NCBI GenBank assembly: GCA_963737655.1
Contig: CAVTTN010000002.1
Coordinates: forward strand, 6,720,001 to 6,784,000
DNA: 64,000 bases
Reading direction: 5' to 3'
DNA from: an uncultured Planctomycetota bacterium
GTDB lineage: Bacteria > Planctomycetota > Planctomycetia > Isosphaerales > Isosphaeraceae
Each line of letters begins with the position of its first letter. The stretch's first letter is position 1. Shown piece after piece: positions 34,301 to 42,567 of the stretch. The notes beneath the pieces were generated by a model. That model made no database searches. It was not told the DNA's origin and was given only the letters and a program-made list of their open reading frames with translations. Made by a program: the position numbers and the translations under genes.

Positions 34301-35326
34301 CTTCCCCGGGTCGACGATCCCGTTCGTCGGGGCGGAGGTGAAGGCGGTCCCCGCCTTGGCGGAAATGCTGGAGTCCGAGCCTCCGTTGGCGGGATCCGGT
34401 GCATAGAGGTAGGGGAATGGGTCCGAGGACTCGGCCGGCAGGACGGGTTCGCCGTCCGCGAAGTTGCCCGACAGGCTCAGGAAGGCCCCGCCGATATTGG
34501 AATTGTTGTGCGTGCTGGCGTTATAGTACTGGATCTCGATGTGATGAGAACCCACCGTCAGCGACTGGGCCGTCGTCCCGGTCTTCTTCAGCGTCAGGTG
34601 GTTGCCTTCGAGGTTGACGACCTGTTGGTAATCGACGGAGAGGACCGCGCCGTCGTCGGCCGCGAGGGTGAAGCTCGCGATGCCGGCCTGGCTGGCCGAA
34701 ACATTGAAATTGCCACTGATGTCAAGGTAAGCGTTCTGGAGCGACGTGTCCGGGTTGCTCGAGATCTTCGGGCCATCGGCGCCGAGGAAGTCCTGAAGGT
34801 GGCTGGGGTCGTATCCGTTGTAGATCGTCCCCTGGAGGATGGTCGATGCGAACGTGGCCTGCGGGATCCCCGAGGTGATCTCGTGATTCTGGGCCGAGGC
34901 GACGCTGCTCGGGCCCGCGGACAAGGCGTAATAGGAGCCGGCCAGCGACCCGGTCGCGGTCTGGTAGAGGGGTTGGAACCCGCTGCCCGCCGACGAATTC
35001 GTCGATTGGGTCGTCGGGATGATGGCGTCCCCGTTACTCTGGAAGGTGCCGCTGACGGAGAGATGGGCACCGCCGACCCCGTTGACCAGCGCCTGGTTCA
35101 CGTACTGAAGTTCGATCGTGTGGACGCCCGAGTCCAGGACGACGCTGTCGGTGGCGCCCCCGATGTTCGAGGTGTTCGGGAGCAAGGCCCCGTCGATGCT
35201 GATCTGCGCGTAGTCGTCGCTGTTCAGGCTGAAGTTCGCGGTCCCGGCCTGGGCGGGAGAGACGTTGATGTAGCCCTTGAAGTCGATGTAGGTGGTGTTG
35301 AGGACAGGGTTCGTGGTGGAGAACGA
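25301..35326 (-). CDS. Giant multidomain surface protein, main part (PA14-like, carbohydrate-binding-like, Ig-like repeats, beta-rich region, helical C-terminal repeats)
   Basis: 3357-aa ORF lacking its own N-terminus; two FxLxxDDxA...GxHxIEIQY PA14-like units, three DxGFESPS...WTFS units, repeated V.AVNGVATF..L.....GTYTL units. Confidence 0.88.
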   Translation of the reverse strand, partial: SFSTTNPVLNTTYIDFKGYINVSPAQAGTANFSLNSDDYAQISIDGALLPNTSNIGGATDSVVLDSGVHTIELQYVNQALVNGVGGAHLSVSGTFQSNGDAIIPTTQSTNSSAGSGFQPLYQTATGSLAGSYYALSAGPSSVASAQNHEITSGIPQATFASTILQGTIYNGYDPSHLQDFLGADGPKISSNPDTSLQNAYLDISGNFNVSASQAGIASFTLAADDGAVLSVDYQQVVNLEGNHLTLKKTGTTAQSLTVGSHHIEIQYYNASTHNNSNIGGAFLSLSGNFADGEPVLPAESSDPFPYLYAPDPANGGSDSSISAKAGTAFTSAPTNGIVDPGKGNFANATLRTAGLYQLQIAGQDDQYANDSAPATPNGTGISIPGVTSGSFFVLPGKATGLSTYTPSSTVTAGQPFSEGKIYATDQYGNYVDGNLPVTATLSLPAEIADAGFESPSVNGGFQYQPTGSPWTFSARSGLNAAGINANGTAYTSGNPATPDGGQVAFIQGTGSITQTFNFPAAGNYTLGFLAAHRATDGSTFQTIQVLVDGRLIDTFTSFYTSYLPHSTPSFAVTAGQHSIEFLGTNPSGDDHTTLIDSITEQAGPNASDVTAPILDPGFESDSLGSGAFTYAPSGSAWTFSTHAGSDGAGLSSNGSGFTSGNPGAPEGTQVAFVQDTGWLSEPLSFPVPGLYTLNVLAAQRQNVPSAQSIDVLVNGVEVGRITPSGTTYMSYSTPAFAEPAGTYSVEFLGTNGIGDNTAFIDSITERTNASTSNLSATVADPGFEAPSVAAATNHYMYSPSGSPWSFSTQSTQQGVYVSGAGFAGNGSTVFPSHVNAPEGTQVAFVEGTGWLSQPVSFPASGTYTLSFLAVAAAGSVSSSEEIEVEVDGAIVGTVKPSGTAFTSYTTGSFAVSAGSQVLEFLGANNTNSAFGPTDLIDSISVGGTTTTSVAVNGVATFPDLVFQAAGTYALLASADGASTTTGVNVVAGAASQLSVSQTPGPALAGATLGPLQVLVEDQDGNVATTSTASVTVSSADGAGPTTVSAVKGVATFSNLVPTTAGTSTFTASSTGLASATSDPVTVSANATVALVVLTGGPASATSGTTLAPVQVGLEDSYGNLITSASGSVALTVNGPGVLAGTSTVNAVNGVATFSSLVLQTAGTYTPTARSGSITTATPLSVVVSPGTVASLGITQVPTKTTTAGQPLSSSVLVTLWDAYNNVVTTSTDVVSLAVNGTHSFTPESVLVAAPVLGVVTFPNLVLDTAGSYTLTASTASLTSPASSSFKEAPAGASQLAIVTAPATATAGISLSPLIHVLVEDQFGNQLTTSSTSVSLTLNGPGNFVGGTPTAMTSSGDAKFSGLILNTAGNYGITATSTGLANSPSTSLLVAPTTANKLVFGATPGTAATGQALNPAVVVDVEDLYGNLVTTSSASVALTATPSGGQAGAATTLNAVNGVATFPNLVLATAGSYTLAASAGSLTAAKTGAFDVTPGITVSLTGAFSAMQGQSTGTQALATFRAVGASTDPAAYSATVSWGDGKFDSSGGTNSPVTIAVTNGMVTVSGNHVFQTSSGLAHPGMAYPVVTLGYLKATVPTAPGAIAIDVAADLTTGLSAAQGPFHGNPITRLTTGTLTLTNTTSGPLSGPFRVLLAGLPSTAVLQSATLLNAGTTTALTVQTAPSGVPLLAIPGSIASLAAGGSFQIGLTSSNPTNGAISYSPRVFSDPNAPAATTVPPIGTVVTSGGVRMVFGANSTLTSFTLGNVTFTSTNLRAVVTPPPGGTGQASYRIFGAAVISGVANLTGATVQFGTNSANAGVVITNGSLGTVAGTLTGLTVPGGSLAARTSLTLGYSTANSGTFTISGDALLTAGPLTLAIPLPTSVGNGLSIQNGVLTQVGGTLSGSISLGGLAFDASALTVTDSNPALGAFTIKGTTTVTDPSLTGGPSLTAVLGGTVPGAGQPTAGLVISGSTVTLDSAMTGSFTLDGASFDASALEIVYAPANNGTYTLSGKTDIKFPSFAGLPDLPLTLGTAGAGLQLMNGVPQPFGATATASVGAPSLGGYTFSTAGLAVAFSPANAGTFTVTGAATLTDPAVSSDPSLPVVLGGKVNNVATAGLMISGGSFSALGASVSGPFVLGGMSVAASGLTLAYTTAAGGTFAIAGSTTFTTPSIATLTITAQLGSGSDIAGSSLEIQNGVVQPFSVGCGASVVLAGVTVSNPNLNLAYATDNGGSYEVTGHSGLNIPGLQGFHADLDFEVVAGQLDHFDASVIAGFTVAGMTFNFEQLQLVYTASNDTFAITGNAFLPIRSAGVYLDIDFGGLTADGVPTPGIVVRNGQLTHFDASVSANIKLAGGAGSIQIVNLDFQYSPANGGFFSVAGNASVSSKDHSVEIAVDLGGQDTIDTVLHQTAGIVISGGDLTKFDGIVKSTQEIQRFGLTLDDTDLGVSYLAATATDPHSHFSLFGTATVSTLGGIVNHVAADFGDDPNSPGLVLQDWSLQTLNLTLHSGGITLGPTSLAFNELGVSYDPAHSYLQVTGGATLSLGSVISGTVTLPDSGLTINTKTGAVQVDGLDLSVTVSPGAVDFTTLSVLYRDVAGTITIDAGGSVQLEPGLVVNGELDFSNGVLQEIELGYEQSPGIPVGASGFYITSLSGAILNPGTSTVVVSASVGLTFGESVLYEGSTYALFTEVGTVTISSTELDIVGTASMVGGLLGTGTASMDLSWSSAAISSMTIDLLGFGGQAELSGNLTLRDDPRTGYSIGGSEDFQFGRIPGVSVPLIDANGTLLINGSLMSVTGNVSVAGGTLGQGFLDVNWGSTVADSVAFDYNLGTGAAAQLDLSGSLAYAGAGISGTASFTAKAGSSKLITAGGAVSVNSKGLDLSATGTLGTGNLGSIAFDVALDWGAGNYRMGLDAALPVGLGRLDGTVSVATSTATVSGSAELTLGQVSSSSSLVDLTGAFSFNTSGLSLTASGSLFGMDLGTSIVTTLAWGPSTERFNIAGQVFVPGVSLGVGLYVNLVGLDTSSPSWAFGGTSSIAFGIDAEVGPIDIPGSKNFLPVEVDLGSIHLQAGFSGTITVSAGSGNGTGSFSLGLGGGFTFEGTRLSVPSLLTLPLSASPGTFAALAGQAVDAISADATSLFSSFYTNNLGQWTSDIKSGILAGASDIGRVLDELYHQTEALVAADLQDAGQTLSTIAGVLTDEYLVAKVQVASALRTAGYLAGDVAAALKSDLSLAASDVVGVLTSAGYTLDQAAGALQSAYNQSARQVVQILKSLSYDLTSVSSAVQDVFNLVDPADLYAVLHGAGYVAGDIQTFFSSKANTIYSAFVTNAFGSSSVFNPSSWG

Positions 35327-35456
35327 CCAAACAGACTCCACCTCAAGCGACAGGTGGTGCGCCGCCGCTGACACCGGCTACCATCGGTGTCGACGCGCTG
35401 CTTGAGCTGGCTGCGTGGTGCCGAGAGCACCTGAGTCAACGACCCGGAGACACTCC

Positions 35457-35644
35457 ATGTCCAACCACCCTCGAACCATCGCTCCCCCCCGCCCCTGACG
35501 GCCAATCCCACCCCACGGGACAGCACGCCGACGATCTGGGCTCGCCTGCCGACCGACCGCCAGCAACAACTCCGCGACCTGCTCGGCCTGCTCCTGGCCA
35601 GGCTCCTGACGGCTCGACGCAGCCAGGAGGCCGAGCATGACTGA
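35457..35644 (+). CDS. Small (~62 aa) helical protein overlapping the recombinase start (1-nt frameshift in a C7 run)
   Basis: Adding one C at 35484-35490 gives MSNHPRTIAPPPPLTAN...TIWARLPTDRQQQLRDLLGLLLARLLTARRSQEAEHD; its stop overlaps the recombinase 5' end. Confidence 0.5.
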
Positions 35645-37757
35645 CCCGCTCCGCTCGCCCAAGCTCAGGGCCTGGCATCTCGACCGCTCGGCCTTCGTCT
35701 ATGTCCGCCAGTCCACGCCCCAGCAGGTGATCGAGCATCAGGAATCGACCGCCCGCCAGTACGCCCTGGCCGATCGCGCCGTCGCCCTCGGCTGGACTCG
35801 GGACCGTGTGATGACGATCGACGATGACCTGGGCAAGAGCGGCCAGTCGATCGAGGGCCGGCCCGGCTTCCAGCGGCTCCTGGCCGAGGTCGCCCTGGAT
35901 CACGTCGGACTGATCCTCGGCCTGGAGATGAGCCGCCTGGCCCGCTCCAATCGCGACTGGCACCAATTGCTCGAGCTCTGTGCACGGTTCCGCGTGCTCC
36001 TGGCCGACGCCGACTCGGTCTACGACCCGTCCGACCACAACGACCGGCTCCTGCTCGGCCTGCACGGGATGATGAGCGAGGCGGAGCTTCATGTCCTCAA
36101 GGAACGCATGTATCAGGGCAAGCTCAACAAGGCCCGTCGGGGGGCCCTGATGGGGGTGCCCCCGATCGGCTACGTCAAGCTCGCCTCGGGCGAATGGGCC
36201 ATCGACCCCGACGAGCAGGTCCAGGCAACCGTCCGGCTGATCTTCGACCAATTCGATCGCGAGACGACCCTGCACGGCCTGCTCCGCTACCTGGTCCACC
36301 ACGGCGTCCGAATCCCGGTCCGGTCGAACGCAGGCCCGAGCCGGGGTGAGTTGGAGTGGCGACGGCCGAACCGGGCCACGCTGTCGAATCTGCTGCATCA
36401 CCCGAGCTATGCCGGTGCCTATCGGTTCGGCTACCGGCCGGTCGACCCGCGTCGCAAGCGGGCGGGGCGTCCGGGCACCGGCAAGCTGATCCGGCGGCCG
36501 GAGGAGTGTCTTGTCCTGATCCGCGACCGGCTGCCGGCCTACATCACCTGGGACCGATTCCAGGCCACACAGGGGCGACTCGACGCCAACCGGGCCCGGC
36601 ACGACCGCCAAGGCGCACCGCGACAAGGTGCCTCGCTCCTGGCCGGATTGCTCCGGTGCGGGAGGTGCGGCCGACGGATGATCGTCCGGTACTCCGGGCC
36701 GAAGAATCGACATGCCTATGCATGCACACGCGGCTCGGCCGACTATGCCGAGCCGCTCTGCCAGGGCCTGTCGGGGCCGGTGCTCGACGAGTTGGTCGCC
36801 ATCCGGGTGCTGGCGGCGGTCGAGCCGGCGGCGCTGGAGGCGAGCCTCGCGGCGGTGGCCGGGGTCGAGCGGGAGCGGGCCGAACTGGCCCGACACTGGC
36901 ACCTGCGGCGCGAGCGAGCCGCTCACGAGGTCGATCGCGCGTGCCGGCAGTATCAGGCCTGCGAGCCGGAGAACCGCCTGGTGGGCCGCGAGCTGGAGCG
37001 ACGCTGGGAGGAGACGCTCAATACGCAACGGCGGCTGGAAGACGAGTTCGAGCGATGGCAGCGGACGGCACCGGGCCGGCTCTCGGGCGACGACGAGCGG
37101 GCGATCCGCTCGCTGGCGGCCGACTTGCCGGCGGTCTGGGGGGCGGCCACGACGAGGCCGGCGGAGCGGCAACGGATCGTCAGGCTCTTGATCGAACAAG
37201 TGAAGGTCCAAGTGGACAAGTCGAGCGAACGCGTCGCCGTCGAACTCTCGTGGGTCGGCGGCCTGATCGAGTTGCACACCGTGTCGCGTCCGGTGAACCG
37301 GTACGACATGCAGGCGGACTATCCCCGCCTGGTGGAGCGACTGCAAGCCTGGTCCGCCGAGGGCCGAAGTGCCGAGGCCATGGCCGCGGCACTCAACGCC
37401 GAAGGCTTCCGCCCGCCGAAGCGTGCCGCTCGCTTCACGCGGGAGATGGTGCGGCGACTCTCGTGGCACCTGAATCTGGCCCGCCGCGAGCCGCACGGCA
37501 GCCTGGCCGGGTTGGGTGCCGACGAGTACCGCCCCGGTGGACTGGCTCGTCATCTGGGGATCTCGCGGGACACGGTCCGCGGTTGGATCCGTCTCGGCCG
37601 TGTGACAACCCGCCGCGATGCCGAGGGACATCACATCGTCTGGGCCGACGCCTCGGAACTGGCCCGGCTGGGCGAACTCCACGGACTGCGACAAAGCTGG
37701 GAGTCCAAGGAGCGTTTCACCGAACTGATCCAGCCCAAAGTCCGCCCCGAGCGATAA
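35637..37757 (+). CDS. Large serine recombinase (resolvase + recombinase + zinc-ribbon domains)
   Basis: AFVYVRQST catalytic motif, DDDLGKSG, RPGFQRLL, EMSRLARS, LLAGLLRCGRCGRRM zinc ribbon, coiled coil. Confidence 0.95.
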   Translation: MTDPLRSPKLRAWHLDRSAFVYVRQSTPQQVIEHQESTARQYALADRAVALGWTRDRVMTIDDDLGKSGQSIEGRPGFQRLLAEVALDHVGLILGLEMSRLARSNRDWHQLLELCARFRVLLADADSVYDPSDHNDRLLLGLHGMMSEAELHVLKERMYQGKLNKARRGALMGVPPIGYVKLASGEWAIDPDEQVQATVRLIFDQFDRETTLHGLLRYLVHHGVRIPVRSNAGPSRGELEWRRPNRATLSNLLHHPSYAGAYRFGYRPVDPRRKRAGRPGTGKLIRRPEECLVLIRDRLPAYITWDRFQATQGRLDANRARHDRQGAPRQGASLLAGLLRCGRCGRRMIVRYSGPKNRHAYACTRGSADYAEPLCQGLSGPVLDELVAIRVLAAVEPAALEASLAAVAGVERERAELARHWHLRRERAAHEVDRACRQYQACEPENRLVGRELERRWEETLNTQRRLEDEFERWQRTAPGRLSGDDERAIRSLAADLPAVWGAATTRPAERQRIVRLLIEQVKVQVDKSSERVAVELSWVGGLIELHTVSRPVNRYDMQADYPRLVERLQAWSAEGRSAEAMAAALNAEGFRPPKRAARFTREMVRRLSWHLNLARREPHGSLAGLGADEYRPGGLARHLGISRDTVRGWIRLGRVTTRRDAEGHHIVWADASELARLGELHGLRQSWESKERFTELIQPKVRPER

Positions 37758-37815
37758 ACTGGGGGTGGCCCGGCTCACTCCGAGCCTGGCCACCCCACCG
37801 CGCTCTTGGAAGGCA

Positions 37816-38316
37816 TTATGGCTGGACCATCGAAGAGGGGTTCCAGTCGTTCTTCAGGAAGTCGCTGATGTTGGTAGTGTCGAAGCCGGTGTAGCCGTTG
37901 GGCGACGAGAACAGCGTGGAGACGAAGGTCAGGGTCACGTTGTGCGCCTGGGCCTGCGCGGCGGCGACCGAACCGTTCTGCTGTCTCGCCTCGGAATAGA
38001 GGTCCGCGTAGAGTCCGGGCACGCCCGTGATCGCATGGGCCTGGGCGGTGAAGGTGAAGTCGCTCGCCGCGACGCTCGGGTCCCTGGGCAGGATGTTGCC
38101 GGTGGTGGAATCCACCATCTCGGCCTGCGCGAGGGGGCTGGGGGCCTGGCCGGCGACGAACGAGGCGGGCGACTGGGCGACCAGGACGCTGAGGCCCGAG
38201 GGGCAGGCCCGCTCTTCCAGGTCCTCCATCATCAGGCGGAGCGAATGGGACCGCGCCCCCCGGCGGAGTCGGGACCGCGGGGCCCGGGGCCATGCCAGAA
38301 GTCGATGGAGGGACAT
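37816..38316 (-). pseudogene. N-terminal part of the interrupted giant surface protein
   Basis: AGGAG RBS, MSLHRLL...RLMMEDLEERACPS export motif; ends GFDTTNISDFLKNDWNPSS, which aligns with GYDPSHLQDFLGADG in the second PA14-like unit of the downstream ORF. Confidence 0.8.
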
Positions 38317-38680
38317 GGGGTATCTCCTGGAAGTTGGAGCGCGAAGGGTGGGGGTCAATGTCCAGGCGCAATCCGTCGTCCCGAGCCGTCCGGGGCGTGG
38401 AGCCCCGGCTCGCCGGTCGACGAGGTGTCGCGATGTCGAGGGTGCCGAGGCCGCTTCGTCGGCTGCCTGAGCGAGGTTCCGCCTCGGGTGTCGTCGCCGA
38501 GCCGATCGCCCTACAGGAGTCTTCTCTCGCGCATGTCACGACTTTCCCGGGGCGACCGCCCAGGGCCCGCCACCGGGGTCGTCGCGGGCCGGGCGCGAGG
38601 CCGCCCGGCGGCCGGATCGGGGCCGTTCGGGGCGTGGCGGGTCGCTCGATTCCCGGTCGCCGGGCCGGCGGCTCTGGGGT

Positions 38681-39331
38681 TCAGGCGATCAGCTCGCCCA
38701 TCTCCTCGCGGAGGCGACGCAGGACGTGCGACTTGGCCAGGCGGACGGCGTTGGCGGTGATCCCCAGCTCGGCGGCGACCTCGGCGGTCGGGCGCGACTC
38801 GACGGTCGCCTGCCCGAACGCCGTCCAGGTCCGGCGCTCGACCTGGTGCTGGACCTCTCTCAGGGCCCGATGATACAGGTCGGAGACCTCGGACGACCCC
38901 TCCGAGAGCGCGACCTCGTGCGAGGGTGCGGGGACCTGCTGGAGCTGGAGCTGCGCGTCGGTCCCGCCGACGGCCCGCTGTTCCCGCAGGCGGGAGTAGT
39001 CCACGAGCTTGTGGCGGGCGATCCCGCGCATCCAGCCGCGGAAGGACGTGCCCGGCTGATCGGGCCGGAACTGGCCGAGGCTGGAGGAGATCGCCGCGAG
39101 GACCTCCTGCGACACGTCGGCGACCTCGTGGTCGGCGATCCCCCATTGCCGGCACCAATGGTGGATCAGCGGGGAGTCGAGCCGGACCAGCCGCACCCAC
39201 GCCTCCGGCTCGCGCGCCAGGCGCGCTTCAACAACGACGAGGACGGCGCATCCGCGGGATTCAAGCCGAGGTCCTCCGCCGGATTCGCCCGGCCGTGCCC
39301 CCGACCCCAATCCTCGCCGACTGGAGGACAT
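38681..39331 (-). CDS. ECF-type sigma-70 factor (start uncertain)
   Basis: AWVRLVRLDSPLIHHWC...DVSQEVL...SFRGWMRGIARHK...EVAAELGITANAVRLAKSHVLRRLREE. Confidence 0.9.
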   Translation of the reverse strand: MSSSRRGLGSGARPGESGGGPRLESRGCAVLVVVEARLAREPEAWVRLVRLDSPLIHHWCRQWGIADHEVADVSQEVLAAISSSLGQFRPDQPGTSFRGWMRGIARHKLVDYSRLREQRAVGGTDAQLQLQQVPAPSHEVALSEGSSEVSDLYHRALREVQHQVERRTWTAFGQATVESRPTAEVAAELGITANAVRLAKSHVLRRLREEMGELIA

Positions 39332-39460
39332 GTTAGTAGCATTGGGGGCACGCGTCCGACTAATCTAACAGACCCAGGGCCCCGGAGTACATCGCGGACC
39401 CGGCGACGACCCAGGCCTCCGGGGGCCGGGACGACGAAGGGCCGGCACGAAGGGGCGCCG

Positions 39461-42400
39461 ATGGGCCGCATCGACTGTCCGGACCTGGCCACGCTCTCTG
39501 ATTTCGTGCTGGGCAAGCGGCCGATCGCCGAGCTGACGACCGTGGCCGAGCACCTGGACGTCTGCCCCGAATGCGAGCGGACGACCGGGCGGCTCGACGG
39601 CGAGGCCGACGAGGTCGTCTCCGACCTGAAGCGGATCGCGCCGGTCCCCGCAGGCGGCGAGTCGACCGGGACCGTCGCCGCGTCGGGCGAGGTCCAGGCG
39701 GCCCCGGCGATCGGGGCCTGGGGCGAATACCGGATCGTCCGCGAGATCGGCCGGGGCGGCATGGGCGTGGTCTGCGAGGCGTACCAGGGCTCGCTGAACC
39801 GGCACGTCGCGCTGAAGTTCCTGCCCGAGCGCGGCAACCTCGCCCGATTCCGCCGCGAGGCCCGGGCCGCCGGGCGGCTGCACCACACCAACATCGTCCC
39901 GGTCTTCGGCGTGGGGGAACACGGGGGGCGGCATTTCTACGTGATGCAGTACATCGTCGGCCGGGGGCTGGACGTCGTCTCGCGGGAGCGGGTCGCGGCC
40001 GGGGCGGCGGCCTCGCCGCGCGAGGTGGCGAGGATCGGCGTCCAGGCGGCCGAGGCCCTGGCGCACGCCCACGACCTGGGGGTGATCCACCGCGACGTCA
40101 AGCCCTCCAACCTCCTGCTGGACGACCAGGGGACGGTCTGGGTCACCGACTTCGGCCTGGCCAAGGTCGCCGACGAGGAGGAGCTCACCGGCACCGGCGA
40201 CCTCCTGGGCACCGTCCGCCACATGCCCCCCGAGGCGTTCGAGGGCCGCTACGACGTCCGGGGCGACGTCTACGCGCTGGGCATGACCCTGTACGAGCTG
40301 ATCGCCTCCCGCCCGGCCTTCGACGAGTCCGACCGCGCCCGCCTGATCCGACTGGTCACGACCGGCGACCCGCCCCGGCTCCGCGACCTTGACCGCGCCG
40401 TCCCGCGCAACCTGGAGACGGTAATCCATAAGGCCATCGAGCGCGGCCCGGCGCACCGCTACCAGACGGCCTCCGCGCTGGCCGACGACCTGAGGCTCAT
40501 CCTGGAGGACCGCCCGATCCACTCCCGGCGGATCGGCGAGGCGGAGAGGATCGCCCGCTGGTGCCGCCGCAACCCGGTGCCGGCGGGCCTGATGGCGGCC
40601 CTCGCCCTGGTCTTCTGGGTCGGCTTCGGCCTGGTCGCCTGGGAGTGGCGGGAGGCCGTGGCCGAGCGCGAGGCGAAGGACGATCAGGTCCTCAAGGCCA
40701 TCGCCGCCGGGGTGGAGGCCCGCGACGCCCGGGACGTCGCCCTCGTCGAGCAGAAGAAGGCGGCCGACTCCGCCGGCCTCGCCGGCCGCCGGCTCTACTT
40801 CGGCCTGATCGACCGCGCCCGCCTGGAACGCCAGGTCGGCAACATCGCCGAGGCCGAGGACCTCCTCGACCGCTGCGAGCCGGCCCGCCGGGGCTGGGAG
40901 TGGCACTTCCTCAAGCGGCTGGACCACGCCGAGCTGCTGAACCTGAGCGGCCACGACGGCTGGGTCGAGGCGGTCGCCTACAGCCCCGACGGCAAGTGGA
41001 TCGCCACCGCCGGGGGCGGCGACCCGTTCTACGAATCGAACTGGCGGATCACGCCCGGCGCGGTCATCCTCTGGGATGCCGAGACCGGCCGGCCGGCGCG
41101 CACGCTTCGCGGGCACCGGCACCTGCTCCGCAAGATCGCCTTCACCCCGGACGGCCTCCTGCTCGCCTCGTCGAGTCTCGACGGGACCATCCTGCTCCAC
41201 GAGGTCGCCACCGGCCGGCTCGTCCGGACCCTGGAGGTCGGCAAACCTTACGACCGTCCTGCGAGCGAGGTCGTCGATAACAATCGACCGCCGTGGAGTC
41301 GAGGCAGGGCCCGTCGGGGGCGATGGACCTGGCGTTCAGCCCCGACGGGCGGCGGCTGGCGGTCGCCTCGCAGCAGATGGTCAAGCTGATAGACGCCGAG
41401 ACGACCGACGAGGTGCTCACGCTCCGAGGCCGGTACCATCTCCTGCCGAGCAACCACGGCTTCAACCCCCGCGTCCGCTTCAGCCCCGATGGCCGCGGAC
41501 TCTTCGCGGTCTGCTCCGACTCGTGGGAGCCATTGGCCGTGTGGTCCGGCGTGCCGGACGGGCCCGGCGAGCGCGAGGCGAGGCTCGGCGCGGCCCGCCG
41601 TCGCGCCGTGACCCGCCACCTCGCGCTGGCCAATGACCACGCGACGCGACGCGGCCCGGCGCGGCTGATCGCCCTGGACCACCTCGACCACGCCCGGAGG
41701 CTCGGCCTGGACTCGTCCGAGGCGTTCGTGACCTGGGCCCGGATCCTCGCCGGACTCGACCTCGGAGGCCCGGGCGACCCCGCGCTGGACCTGGCCCTAA
41801 ACCTGGCGCCGGACGACGACGAGACCCTGGCCGGCCTGGCCCACACCTGGGCTAGCTTGGGCCGATTCCGGGGCGCCGGGGCCTGGTACTCGCGGATGAA
41901 GCGACTGCCCGATCGCGTCTTCTCGGCCCACTGGACCCCGCACCCCCAGGCCCTGGTGCTCTCGGGCGACCTCGCCCTCTTCCGCCGCTTCTGCGCCGAG
42001 GCCGTCCGGCGCTGGGAGGCGGACCCCGATCCCCGCTGGCTCCCCGACAAGCTGCCCTACGACAATTCGCTCGTCGCCGACTCGGGCATCGACGCCGAGA
42101 CGCGAATCCGGATCGCCCGGCACGCGTATGAGGGCGCGCTGGCGGTCGGGGACAGATCCCGCCAATTCTGGGGCCTGCTCGCCCTCGGGGCCGCCCACCT
42201 CCGCGCCGGCGATCCCGAGCGGGCCGAACCGCTCCTCCGCGAGGTGCTCGGCCGCACGTCGGACGACCAGTTGCGGGCCCTGGTCGCCTCCTGGCTGTCC
42301 CTCACGACCCGTCGCCAGGGGCGAGCCGCCGAGGCGAAGACGTGGTTCGACCAGGCCGACCGCTTCCTCCGCGAGCGGGCCCCCGGCGGGCGTCCCGATC

Positions 42401-42567
42401 GCGAGCACCGCCCACCGGACGGCCTGGACCACCTGGACTGGTGGAGGCTCCTCATCGCCTGGGGCGAGGCCCGCGACCTGTTCCTCGACGACGCCTTCCC
42501 CGCCCGGCCATTCGCCCCTAATCGGGCAGGGCGAACGCCACGAAGGCGTCTCCGGCCTTCGTCCTGA
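39461..42567 (+). CDS. Ser/Thr protein kinase with HxxxCxxC motif, TM, WD40 and TPR-like regions (frameshift near 41290)
   Basis: HLDVCPEC, GRGGMGVV, HRDVKPSN, DFGLAK, WD40 repeats; continues in ORF 41293..42567. Confidence 0.85.

Larger units (their letters stand above)
35325..37833 (+). mobile_element. Serine-recombinase integrative element (~2.5 kb) inserted in the giant surface-protein gene
   Basis: Separates two halves of one PA14-like unit; flanked by GACCA (35325-35329, 37825-37829) and CGA (35324-35326, 37831-37833) direct repeats. Confidence 0.8.

Noticed and set aside
38510..39370. Shared ECF promoter upstream of the third ECF and the giant protein
   Set aside because: Only a short gapped AGTCG(T)GAC similarity; too weak to support.
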